Assembly: GCA_040878255.1 (NCBI GenBank)
Contig: JBBDMO010000008.1
Coordinates: forward strand, 1 to 43,822
Reading direction: 5' to 3'
DNA length: 43,822 bases
From: Ilumatobacteraceae bacterium
GTDB taxonomy: Bacteria > Actinomycetota > Acidimicrobiia > Acidimicrobiales > Ilumatobacteraceae
Shown: piece after piece, positions 18,549-27,323 of the stretch
How the letters are laid out: each line of letters starts with the position of its first letter
Position numbering within the stretch: position 1 is the stretch's first letter
Program-made: the position numbers and the translations under genes
The notes under the pieces: model-generated
Told to the model about the DNA's origin: nothing
What the model saw: the letters and a program-made list of their open reading frames with translations, nothing else
The model's database searches: none

Positions 18549-19949
18549 GTGAAGCACCAGTCCCGGCACCACCTCGGTGCCAGAACCGTCATGTCGCTCG
18601 CTGCAGCGTTCGCGCTCGCAGCCGGCCTGGTCACCGTTCCTCGCGCCGTTGCGGGCCGGCCGACGACCGACTCGGTGGCCGTGCCCGCATCGGCCGACCG
18701 GGTGGCGGGGCGCGTCGCGTCGACGTCTGAGGCCGTGTCCGTGTCGGTGTACGGAGCCATGCCGAAGGCGCTCCTCGACACCCTCGAAGGGATCGGCGCC
18801 TCAATCGGCATCCCGAGCGTTCGTGGACGTTCGTTCAACGCCGGGCTGTACGCCGTGCGCCGTGGCGACCAGGTGGTGCAGCAGGCGTCCGGATCATCGG
18901 GCGTCTGGCAGTTCCCCATGAGTGTCACGGCGCTTCCGGTCGATGCTGTCGGCCGTGTGATGAGCGCCCGTGTGTCCTCCGCGGTCGCGTCCGGTGGGGT
19001 GGTCCTCGGCAGCACGAGTGCATCCCTCCGAGGTGCGCAGGTGGGCGACACCCTCGACCTGATCGCGAGCGACGGCAACACCCGTCGGTTCGTGCTCGGC
19101 TACGTCGCGCCCGACGACGAGATCGGCGGTGCCGAGCTGGTCATGTCGCCGGAGCAGGCCGACGCGTTGGGCGCAACGATCGTGACGCGGGTGCTCTTCT
19201 TCGGTCAGTTCGCCCGGTCGAGCATCGAGGAGGCCTTCGCTGCGAACGGTCTCTACGACGGTGGAACCGTGCGGATCTCGAGGTCGTGGTCGGGGGCGAA
19301 CCCCGACAGCCTCCTCGGGTCGGCCCAGCTCAAGACGCTGCTCAATGAGTTCGACTACCGGATCAACGGCGACAGCAGCCTCACCCTCGACCCCGACTGG
19401 GTCGCCGACAACCTGCAGCGGGTCAGCTTCCGGGGCATCAACGTCCGCTCGACCTGTCACCGCGCCATCGTGGCCGACCTCCAGGCTGCGCTCGACGAGG
19501 TGTCTGCCTCGGGCCTCGCAGGTGCGATCGACCTCGGCAACACCAACACCTACGGCGGCTGCTACAACCCCCGCTTCGCACGGGTGTCCGGCAGCATCGG
19601 CTCGGTCAGCCGACATGCATGGGCCGTGGCCATCGACATGAACACGGTCAGCAACGCGCAGGGTCGCGTCCCGCAGATGGACTGCCGCGTCGTGCGCATC
19701 TTCCGCAAACACGGCTTCGCATGGGGCGGCAACTTCCTGGTGCCCGACGGCATGCACTTCGAGTGGGTGGGCGTGCCACGCAACACGATCCAGTACCCGT
19801 CCGAGTACTGCCCGAACCTGCCCGGCGGCGCGATCTCGGGTCTGCCCGGCCTCTCCACGCAGACGGTGCCCGACAACGGTCAGCAGCGAGCGACGATGTT
19901 CGCCGACGACGCGCTCACCGCCGAGAACCTCCCGGACGAGGGCAGCTGA
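18549..19949 (+). CDS. secreted M15-family (VanY / D-Ala-D-Ala carboxypeptidase-like) peptidase with a large N-terminal domain
   Basis: The GTG start is preceded by GGAGG 8 nt upstream. There is a signal-like N-terminus. The C-terminal SRHAWAVAIDMN and DGMHFEW match the M15 zinc-ligand motifs. Confidence 0.75.
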   Translation: MKHQSRHHLGARTVMSLAAAFALAAGLVTVPRAVAGRPTTDSVAVPASADRVAGRVASTSEAVSVSVYGAMPKALLDTLEGIGASIGIPSVRGRSFNAGLYAVRRGDQVVQQASGSSGVWQFPMSVTALPVDAVGRVMSARVSSAVASGGVVLGSTSASLRGAQVGDTLDLIASDGNTRRFVLGYVAPDDEIGGAELVMSPEQADALGATIVTRVLFFGQFARSSIEEAFAANGLYDGGTVRISRSWSGANPDSLLGSAQLKTLLNEFDYRINGDSSLTLDPDWVADNLQRVSFRGINVRSTCHRAIVADLQAALDEVSASGLAGAIDLGNTNTYGGCYNPRFARVSGSIGSVSRHAWAVAIDMNTVSNAQGRVPQMDCRVVRIFRKHGFAWGGNFLVPDGMHFEWVGVPRNTIQYPSEYCPNLPGGAISGLPGLSTQTVPDNGQQRATMFADDALTAENLPDEGS

Positions 19950-19955
19950 CGCCGA

Positions 19956-19961
19956 TAGCCT
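19956..19961 (+). promoter_or_regulatory. -10-like hexamer TAGCCT, 8 nt upstream of the lpdA GTG
   Basis: The sequence reads gaTAGCCTcggcggctGTG. It lies in the 20-nt gap after the peptidase stop. Confidence 0.25.
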
Positions 19962-19969
19962 CGGCGGCT

Positions 19970-21352
19970 GTGGCGACTCGTTTCGTGATCATCGGTGGCG
20001 GTCCGGCCGGCAATACGGCAGCGACCTATGCGGCGCGTCTCGGGGCCGACGTCACGGTCGTCGAACGAGACGTCATCGGCGGTGCCGCCCACCTGTGGGA
20101 CTGCATTCCCTCGAAGACGATGATCGCCACCGGCGGTGCCATGGCGTTCACCCGTCGTCTGCAGGGGATGGGCCTCGAGGAGCAGGTGGCCGAGGTCGAC
20201 GTCGATGCGCTCACCGAGCGCATCGAGAGCATCAAGATGCGCCTCCAGCGCAGTACGACGAACCTGCTCACCAGCCAGGGTGTCAACCTGATCCATGGCA
20301 GTGCCCGCTTCCTGTCGGCGAACGACATCGAGGTCACCAGCACCGATGCCAACGGCAACGTGCAGGTTCGCACCATCGAGGCCGACGCGGTGCTCGTGGC
20401 CACCGGCTCGCGGCCTCGCATCCCCGATTGGTGCCATCCCGACGGCGAGCGCGTGCTCACCACCCGCGACTGCTACCCGCCGAAGGTGTTCCCCGACCAC
20501 GTCACCGTCGTCGGGTCCGGCGTCACGGGTGTCGAGTTCGTGCACATGTTCGCCTCGTTCGGCTCGAAGGTCACCCTCGTGGTGAGTCGACAACAGGTGC
20601 TGCCCAGCAAGGACCCCGAGGTCGCGGCCGTGCTCGAGGACGACTTCCTGAAGCGGGGCGTCCAGTTGCTGAAAGGTGCGCGCGCGATCGCGATCGAGCG
20701 CAACCCCGACGGCACCGACGGTGTCGAAGTGCGCTGCGACGACGGCCGCATCGTGCACAGCTCGCACGCCGTGCTCGCCATCGGCTCGGTGCCGAACACC
20801 GACGGCCTCGGCCTCGACGCAGCCGGCGTGCAGACCGATAGTGGCTACGTCACCATCAATCGCCACTGCCAGAGCAACGTGGCGCACATCTACGCCGCCG
20901 GCGACACGAGCGGCAAGCTGCCCTTGTCGAGTGTGGCGAGCATGCAGGGCCGCAAGGTCGCCGAGCACGTCATGGGTCTGCAGAAGGTCGCCCACCGCCA
21001 CCTCGACTACGACAAGGCCGCCAGCGCCATCTTCACCGAACCCGAGATCGCCGACGTCGGCCTGGCCGAGGCCGACGCGTTCGCCGTCGGCCGCAAGATC
21101 CGCGTCACCAAGGTGCCGTTCAGTTCCACACCGAAGGCCCTCATCAACAACGACTGGCGCGGGTTCGTGAAGATCATCTCTGACCCGGCAACCGGGGTGG
21201 TGCTGGGCGGCTCGATCGTCGGCCGCCACGCCGCAGAGCTCATCAGCGTCATTGCGCTTGCCGTCACGGCGAATCTCAAGGTCACCGACATCGTCGAGAG
21301 CCTCCTGGTGCACCCGGCCATCAGCGAAGCACTCGCCGAAGCTGCCGAGTGA
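19970..21352 (+). CDS. lpdA: NAD(P)H-quinone reductase type flavoprotein disulfide reductase homologue (LpdA type)
   Basis: 460 aa from GTG 19970. It has the FAD motif IIGGGPAGN and the NAD motif VVGSGVTGVE. Only one Cys (HLWDCIPSK) sits where the CxxxxC redox disulfide is expected, as reported for M. tuberculosis LpdA. Confidence 0.8.
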   Translation: MATRFVIIGGGPAGNTAATYAARLGADVTVVERDVIGGAAHLWDCIPSKTMIATGGAMAFTRRLQGMGLEEQVAEVDVDALTERIESIKMRLQRSTTNLLTSQGVNLIHGSARFLSANDIEVTSTDANGNVQVRTIEADAVLVATGSRPRIPDWCHPDGERVLTTRDCYPPKVFPDHVTVVGSGVTGVEFVHMFASFGSKVTLVVSRQQVLPSKDPEVAAVLEDDFLKRGVQLLKGARAIAIERNPDGTDGVEVRCDDGRIVHSSHAVLAIGSVPNTDGLGLDAAGVQTDSGYVTINRHCQSNVAHIYAAGDTSGKLPLSSVASMQGRKVAEHVMGLQKVAHRHLDYDKAASAIFTEPEIADVGLAEADAFAVGRKIRVTKVPFSSTPKALINNDWRGFVKIISDPATGVVLGGSIVGRHAAELISVIALAVTANLKVTDIVESLLVHPAISEALAEAAE

Positions 21353-21364
21353 CCCGGCCGACCC

Positions 21365-21862
21365 GTGTTCACCACTGACGATCGTCCGGCACCGTCGGTC
21401 CCGGTGGGCCTCGAGCTGGCGTCGTATCGGCGTCGCGTGGGGGGCTCGATCATCGATGAAATCATCGTCCTCCTGCCCATCGCGATCACCCTCGCAGTCA
21501 CCGGGTTTCGTCCTGGTGACGATCTCACCAGGACCACGCTGGTCGTGCTCGAGGTCGCCATGGTGCTTGTCGGGTTCACCTACGAGGCCGTCATGATCGG
21601 CCTGCTCGGCCGCACCGTGGGCAAGTTCGCCACGGGCACGCGCGTGGTCCGCGCCGACACCGGTGGCCGCCTCGGATGGTTCTCGTCGGTGCAGCGGGCC
21701 ATGGTGCCGGCAGTCGCCAACGGCGTGCCTGCCCTCGGCGTGTTGCTGTCGGCGCTCGTCTACGTGCCGGCATTCTTCGACCCACTGCGCCGCGGCCTCC
21801 ACGACCGCGCCGCCGGCAGCCTGGTCGTCCGACACGGTGTCGTCGCACCGCCCGCCACGTAG
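21365..21862 (+). CDS. RDD family membrane protein
   Basis: 165 aa with a GTG start. Contains YRRRVGGSIIDEII, TM helices, and the C-terminal RRGLHDRAAGSLVV typical of the RDD domain. Confidence 0.7.
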   Translation: MFTTDDRPAPSVPVGLELASYRRRVGGSIIDEIIVLLPIAITLAVTGFRPGDDLTRTTLVVLEVAMVLVGFTYEAVMIGLLGRTVGKFATGTRVVRADTGGRLGWFSSVQRAMVPAVANGVPALGVLLSALVYVPAFFDPLRRGLHDRAAGSLVVRHGVVAPPAT

Positions 21863-21868
21863 GGCGGG

Positions 21869-23554
21869 CTACGACCGTGAGAACTCGCGGATGACGCGGC
21901 CGGGCCGCTCGCCCGTGTTGGCGCCCTGCTCGGCGATGACCGCACCGTTCACCAGCGTCGCCGCATAGCCCCGTGACCCGATCTTCAGGCGGCCCGCGCC
22001 GTTGGGGAAGTCGTTCTCGAACCGAGGGTGCTGCGAACCGAGGGTGTCGATGTCGAACACGTTGACATCGGCGAAGTTGCCGACAGCCAGCGTGCCGCGC
22101 TGGCGCAGACCGAGCACCGCTGCCGGCAAACCGGTGAGGCGGTGGACCGCCTGGGGCAGGTCGACGAGGTGGCGCTGGCGGTGCCAGTACGACAGGTAGT
22201 GCGTGCCCATGTCGGCATCACAGATCTGGCCGGCGTGCGCTCCGGTGTCGGCGAGGCCCGGGTACACGTGGTCGAACGTCAGCAGCTGCTCGAGAGCTTC
22301 GATGTTGCGGCTGAACAGCCAGGTGTTGAACAGCTCGTGGCCGTCACTGGCGATGAGCCGGTCGATCACGAACTCGACCGGGTGCACCCCGAGACGCTCG
22401 GCATGGCGAGCGATCGAGACACCGTCGGTCTCGCTGTAGTCGGGCGACGGGCCGGTGCCCAGCGGGTAGATGAACTCCGGGTCGTACCACATCCCTTTGG
22501 TCTTGCCCTCGTCGACCAGCAGTGCACGAGTGGCGGGGTCGTGCAGTGCGGCGACGCGGTCGGCCAGCGTCGGCAGCGCCAGCAGCGCCTTCCACTGCTT
22601 GCCCTTCACCGGGGCGACCTGCGCCAGGCCGCACAGGGTGCCGCTCTGGCGCGTCTGGGTGGCGAGGGTGATTCGCCCGACGTTCGCGTTGGTGTCTGCG
22701 AGGAACGCACCGAACATCTCGACGCCGGCGGTGCCCGTGCCGTTGCCCGGCCCACCCGAGAACAGCACGTCGCCGCACGACCTGGCCATCTCGCGCAGCA
22801 GCACGATCTCGTCGGCGGCCTTGGTGGCGAAGTCGTTGACCGCCTGGAACAGCCCGCCGCCGCCCGCGTTCATGCCGTCGGCGATGGCGAGGTACTCGTC
22901 GAGTGGGGCCAGGGTGCCCGGCACGTATCGGCCATCGGGGATGGTGTGCAGCAGGATCCGCGAGGTCGAGAAGCCAACGGCACCCCCGGCCACCGACTCG
23001 GCGGCGATGTCGGCCATGCGGGCCAGTTCGGCCGGCGTGGCGGCCTCGTCGCCGAGCGACCGCTCACCCATGACGTTGTAGCGAACGGCGCAGTGCCCCA
23101 CCATGCCGACGATGTTGACCGAGGGCCGCATGCGCTGGACCGAGTCGAGGTACTCGGGGTAGGTCTCCCAATCCCACGGCATCCCACCCAGAATCGCGTC
23201 GCGGGGCACATCCTCGACGCTCTCCATCATCTCGGCCAGGAACTGCCGATCGGCCAGCGCCACCGGCGCGAACGTGACGCCGCAGTTACCGATGAGCACC
23301 GTCGTGACACCGTGCCACGAGCTCGAGGTCATCAGCGGGTCCCACGCGACCTGGGCGTCGAGGTGCGTGTGCAGATCGACGAACCCAGGGCTCACCACGA
23401 GCCCGGTCGCGTCGATCTCGCGAGTTGCGGTCGATGCCGACAGGTCACCGATGACGGTGATGCGGTCGCCGTCGATGGCGACATCGGCGCGGTACGCGTC
23501 GGCACCGGTGCCGTCGACGACCGTGCCGTTGCGGATGATCAGATCGTGTGCCAC
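21869..23554 (-). CDS. N-acyl-D-amino-acid deacylase (D-aminoacylase, amidohydrolase superfamily)
   Basis: 561 aa. The GTG start follows GAGGGGG. The N-terminus (LIIRNGTVVDGTG...GFVDLHTHLD) is typical of D-aminoacylases. Confidence 0.85.
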   Translation of the reverse strand: MAHDLIIRNGTVVDGTGADAYRADVAIDGDRITVIGDLSASTATREIDATGLVVSPGFVDLHTHLDAQVAWDPLMTSSSWHGVTTVLIGNCGVTFAPVALADRQFLAEMMESVEDVPRDAILGGMPWDWETYPEYLDSVQRMRPSVNIVGMVGHCAVRYNVMGERSLGDEAATPAELARMADIAAESVAGGAVGFSTSRILLHTIPDGRYVPGTLAPLDEYLAIADGMNAGGGGLFQAVNDFATKAADEIVLLREMARSCGDVLFSGGPGNGTGTAGVEMFGAFLADTNANVGRITLATQTRQSGTLCGLAQVAPVKGKQWKALLALPTLADRVAALHDPATRALLVDEGKTKGMWYDPEFIYPLGTGPSPDYSETDGVSIARHAERLGVHPVEFVIDRLIASDGHELFNTWLFSRNIEALEQLLTFDHVYPGLADTGAHAGQICDADMGTHYLSYWHRQRHLVDLPQAVHRLTGLPAAVLGLRQRGTLAVGNFADVNVFDIDTLGSQHPRFENDFPNGAGRLKIGSRGYAATLVNGAVIAEQGANTGERPGRVIREFSRS

Positions 23555-23655
23555 GAAGCCCCCTCGAGCGTGTCAGTGGGGTTGAACCTACCGACGCGCC
23601 GGCACACGAACCCAACCCAGCGGGGCCGGGAGTCGTCGCACGGGGTGCAGAGGGA

Positions 23656-25422
23656 TCAGGCGATGATGACGACGATGTCGCCGGCGCCGACCGTGTCGCC
23701 CTGGGAGACCTTGATCTCCTTGACGGTGCCGGCCTTGTCGGCGGTGATCTGGTTCTCCATCTTCATGGCTTCCAGCACCACCACGGCTTGACCGAGCTCG
23801 ACCTCTTGGCCGACCTCGACCAGGATCTTCACGATCGTGCCCTGCATCGGCACCTCGACGTTGCCGGACCCGGCACCACCGGCACCGCCACCCGACGCGG
23901 CCGCCCGGGCCGGCTTCTTCGCGGCCTTGCCGGCCACGGCGACGCCGACCGGCATGTCGGGCACCCACATCGTCACGTCGAACCGCTTGCCGTTGACCTC
24001 GACCGTGGTGTTGCGCTGCACGAGTGCCTCGCCGTCGGCGGCCGGAGCCGGTGCAGCAGGCGCACCGATGTGCGACAGGTCGAGCTTCTCTTCGACCCAC
24101 TTCGTCGAGTGCTGCATCGCCTGGAAGTCGGGGTGCGACAGGATTGCGATGTCGGCCGGGATGGTGGTGGCCACGCCCTCGACGACCATCTCGTTCAGCG
24201 CCCGGATCGTGCGGGCGATCGCCGTCGGGCGGTCCTTGCCCCACACGATGAGCTTGCCGACGAGGTTGTCGTAGTACTGGCTGATCGTGTCGCCGCTCTC
24301 GTAGCCGGCATCCCACCGGATCCCGAAACCGTCAGTCGGGACGAGCTTGGTGATCGTGCCGGGTGAGGGCAGGAACTTGCCGCCGGCCGGGTTCTCGGCG
24401 TTGATCCGGACCTCGATGCCGTGACCGCGGCGCTGTGCGGCGACCTCGGCCTGGGTCATCGGCAGGTGCTCGCCGCTCGCGACACGGATCTGCCACTCGA
24501 CCAGATCGATGCCGGTGATGACCTCGGTGACGGGGTGCTCGACCTGGAGGCGCGTGTTCATCTCGAGGAAGAAGAACTCCTCGTCCTGGTAGATGAACTC
24601 GACCGTGCCGGCATTGAAGTAGCCGACTGCCTTGGCGGCCTTGATTGCCGCCTCGCCCATGGCCTCTTCGATACCGGGCGCCATGCCGTACGAGGGGGCC
24701 TCCTCGATGAGCTTCTGGTGACGACGCTGCGCCGAGCAGTCGCGGGTGCTGACCCACACGACCTCGCCGAACTGGTCGCCCACGATCTGGACCTCGACGT
24801 GGCGTGGCCACGTGAGGTAGCGCTCGATGTAGATCTCGTCGCGGCCGAAGAACGCCTTGGCCTCGCGCTTGGCGCTGTCCATCGCCTCGTGCACCTCGTC
24901 GGCTGAGCGGATGACCTTCATCCCGCGACCGCCGCCGCCGTACGCGGCCTTGATGACGAGCGGCCAGCCGAACTCGTTGCCGAAGGCGAGGATCTCGTCG
25001 GCCGAGGTGATGAACTCGGTGGTGCCCGGGACAATGGGGGCGCCGCCGCGCTGGGCGGCCTTGCGCGAGCTGACCTTGTCGCCCATCTCGTCGATCGCCT
25101 CGGGCGGTGGCCCGATGAACGCGACGCCCTTCGCGATGATCGCCCGGGCGAAGTCGGCGTTCTCACTGAAGAAGCCGTAGCCGGGGTGCACGCCGTCGGC
25201 ACCGCTCTGCTCGATGGCGTTCAGGATGGCCTCGGTGTTGAGGTAGCTCTCGGCGGCGGTCTGCCCGCCGAGCGCGTATGCCTCGTCGGCGAGACGGACG
25301 TGGAGGGCATCGCGGTCGAGTTCGCTGTACACCGCCACCGTGGCGATGCCCATCTCACGGGCGGCCCGAATGACTCGGACGGCGATCTCTCCACGGTTGG
25401 CGATCAGGATCTTCTTCAGCAC
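23656..25422 (-). CDS. accA: acetyl/propionyl-CoA carboxylase alpha subunit (biotin carboxylase + BCCP)
   Basis: The start (V)LKKILIANRGEIAVRVIRA lies at GTG 25422. It has an ATP-grasp core and a C-terminal biotinyl domain with the EAMKME motif. Confidence 0.9.
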   Translation of the reverse strand: MLKKILIANRGEIAVRVIRAAREMGIATVAVYSELDRDALHVRLADEAYALGGQTAAESYLNTEAILNAIEQSGADGVHPGYGFFSENADFARAIIAKGVAFIGPPPEAIDEMGDKVSSRKAAQRGGAPIVPGTTEFITSADEILAFGNEFGWPLVIKAAYGGGGRGMKVIRSADEVHEAMDSAKREAKAFFGRDEIYIERYLTWPRHVEVQIVGDQFGEVVWVSTRDCSAQRRHQKLIEEAPSYGMAPGIEEAMGEAAIKAAKAVGYFNAGTVEFIYQDEEFFFLEMNTRLQVEHPVTEVITGIDLVEWQIRVASGEHLPMTQAEVAAQRRGHGIEVRINAENPAGGKFLPSPGTITKLVPTDGFGIRWDAGYESGDTISQYYDNLVGKLIVWGKDRPTAIARTIRALNEMVVEGVATTIPADIAILSHPDFQAMQHSTKWVEEKLDLSHIGAPAAPAPAADGEALVQRNTTVEVNGKRFDVTMWVPDMPVGVAVAGKAAKKPARAAASGGGAGGAGSGNVEVPMQGTIVKILVEVGQEVELGQAVVVLEAMKMENQITADKAGTVKEIKVSQGDTVGAGDIVVIIA

Positions 25423-25426
25423 GACT

Positions 25427-25439
25427 GGCAATACTTGCC
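25427..25439. promoter_or_regulatory. palindrome GGCAA-tac-TTGCC between the accA and birA start codons
   Basis: The 5-bp arms have a 3-nt centre. The element fills most of the 19-nt spacer (25423..25441). AATACT at 25430-25435 is 6 nt upstream of the birA ATG. Confidence 0.3.
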
Positions 25440-25441
25440 GA

Positions 25442-26197
25442 ATGGAAGCCACCGACGCCACATGGCGCGATCTCGCCCAGCGCATCGGGGTCTCGGACCA
25501 GTGGCGCGTCCGCGTCGTCGACGAGACCGGCAGCACCAACGCCGACCTCCTGGCTGCCGCAGCGACCGGCGAGCCGCACGGCTCAGTGCTGGTGGCGCGG
25601 CACCAGACAGCGGGCCGTGGCCGCCTCGACCGACGGTGGGATGCTCCGGCCGGCGCCAACCTCCTCGTCTCGATCCTGTTCCGATCCGGGTCCGGCCGTC
25701 GCCTGCCGGAGCACCTGCACGAGCTGACCCAGCGGGTGGCGCTCGCCGCGATCGATGCGTCGCGCGCCGTGTCGCCGGTGGCTCCGGTCCTGAAGTGGCC
25801 GAACGATCTGCTGGTGGAAGGTGCGAAGCTCGCCGGTGTGCTGGCTCAGGCCGGTGCCACCGGTGGTGTGGTCGATCATGTCGTGGTGGGCATCGGCGTC
25901 AACGTGGGTTGGGCTCCGCAAGGCGGTGCCCGCCTCGGTGACGACATCGACCCGATGGTCGTCCTGGCTCATCTGCTGCGCTCGCTCGACTCGATGCCGG
26001 ACGACATCCACGAGGCGTACCGTGCCGCCCTGGGCACGCTGGGTACGCGTGTGCGGGTCGAGTTGCCGGCCGGGGGCGAGATCGTCGGACGCGCCGTCGA
26101 CGTCGGACGCGACGGCCGGCTCGTCGTGCTCGACGAATGCGCCATGACGCACCACGTCGACACGGGTGACGTGGTGCACCTCCGCGCCATCGAGTGA
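25442..26197 (+). CDS. birA: biotin--[acetyl-CoA-carboxylase] ligase, class I (no N-terminal HTH domain)
   Basis: 251 aa from ATG 25442. Contains TGSTNADL and the GRGRLDRRW biotin-binding loop. There is no room for a DNA-binding domain. Confidence 0.85.
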   Translation: MEATDATWRDLAQRIGVSDQWRVRVVDETGSTNADLLAAAATGEPHGSVLVARHQTAGRGRLDRRWDAPAGANLLVSILFRSGSGRRLPEHLHELTQRVALAAIDASRAVSPVAPVLKWPNDLLVEGAKLAGVLAQAGATGGVVDHVVVGIGVNVGWAPQGGARLGDDIDPMVVLAHLLRSLDSMPDDIHEAYRAALGTLGTRVRVELPAGGEIVGRAVDVGRDGRLVVLDECAMTHHVDTGDVVHLRAIE

Positions 26198-26212
26198 CGC
26201 GCCGTCCCGGGG

Positions 26213-27277
26213 GTGACCGAGTCGCGACAACGACGTTCGATACCCTCGTGGGCCGTGCACACCTCTCCGCCGGCGCAGCCCGCCCCTCGCGCTGCGCGTC
26301 GACCGAGTCGGGTCGGGCTCTCGCTGTTGGTCATTGCTGCCTTCACGGTCGCCGGTGTCGCCGGCACGCTCATCGCGACGCGCAATGCGATCGCCACCGT
26401 GGTCACCGTGCCGGAGGTCGCTGCCGTGCTCAGCCCACCGAGCGACACGGTCGAGAACTTCCTCCTCGTCGGCTCCGACAGCCGCGCGAACAGCGATCCC
26501 ACCTCGCCGGACTACGGCGGCATCGGCTCCGAGGCCGATGTCACCGGCAGTCGCAGTGACACGATCATGGTGCTGCGGCGCGACAAGGCGACCGGCGAGG
26601 CGGCGCTGCTGTCGATCCCTCGCGATCTGTGGGTCGACATCCCGGGCAAGGGAACCGATCGGATCAACTCGGCGTACGCCGAGGGTCCGGCCGTCCTCGT
26701 GCAGACCGTGCAGGACGCGCTCGGGCTGCCGGTGCACCACTACGTCGAAATCGACTTCTCCGGCTTCAAACAGCTCGTCGATGCGGTGGGCGGTGTCGAG
26801 CTGTGCTTCTTCTACCCGACGCGCGACACCCGCACCGGACTCGACGTCCCCGAGGCCGGATGCCACACGGCCGACGGCGTCGAGGCGCTCTCGTACGCCC
26901 GCAGCCGGTACTTCGAGCAGTACATCGACGGCGAGTGGAAGGTCGACGGCACCGCCGACATCGGGCGCACCAAGCGTCAACAGGACTTCGTCGACCGAGC
27001 GCTGCGCGGCGCGTTGGCCACGGTGAAGGCCAACCCGTTCGTGGCGGGTGACCTGCTCGAGGCCGGCGGCTCGGCGGTGCGGGTCGACGACGAGCTCGAT
27101 CTGCTCCAGGCTGCGTCGTCGTTGCGTCCGGCTGTCGACGCCGGCCTCGCCACCTGGTCACTGCCCATCGTGGGCACCACGATCGACGGCAAGTCGGTGT
27201 TGCAGCTCGGTGACGGCGCCGCAGCACTGCTCGATTGGTTCGCCGGTCGCGGCCCGGCCCCTGCGCCGCCCGCGTGA
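26213..27277 (+). CDS. LCP (LytR-CpsA-Psr) family glycopolymer-peptidoglycan ligase
   Basis: An N-terminal TM anchor is followed by the LCP core: FLLVGSDSR...RSDTIMVL...SIPRDLWVDIPG...INSAY...VEIDFSGFKQLVDAVGGV. Confidence 0.85.
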   Translation: MTESRQRRSIPSWAVHTSPPAQPAPRAARRPSRVGLSLLVIAAFTVAGVAGTLIATRNAIATVVTVPEVAAVLSPPSDTVENFLLVGSDSRANSDPTSPDYGGIGSEADVTGSRSDTIMVLRRDKATGEAALLSIPRDLWVDIPGKGTDRINSAYAEGPAVLVQTVQDALGLPVHHYVEIDFSGFKQLVDAVGGVELCFFYPTRDTRTGLDVPEAGCHTADGVEALSYARSRYFEQYIDGEWKVDGTADIGRTKRQQDFVDRALRGALATVKANPFVAGDLLEAGGSAVRVDDELDLLQAASSLRPAVDAGLATWSLPIVGTTIDGKSVLQLGDGAAALLDWFAGRGPAPAPPA

Positions 27278-27323
27278 TGTCCACGGCGTATCCGGGCCGG
27301 TTCGGCCATACTGTGCCCCGTCT

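Noticed and set aside
25442-26197. BirA acting as the repressor at the accA-birA palindrome.
   Set aside because: The protein starts directly with the catalytic domain, so it has no N-terminal winged-helix domain and is not a class II bifunctional BirA.
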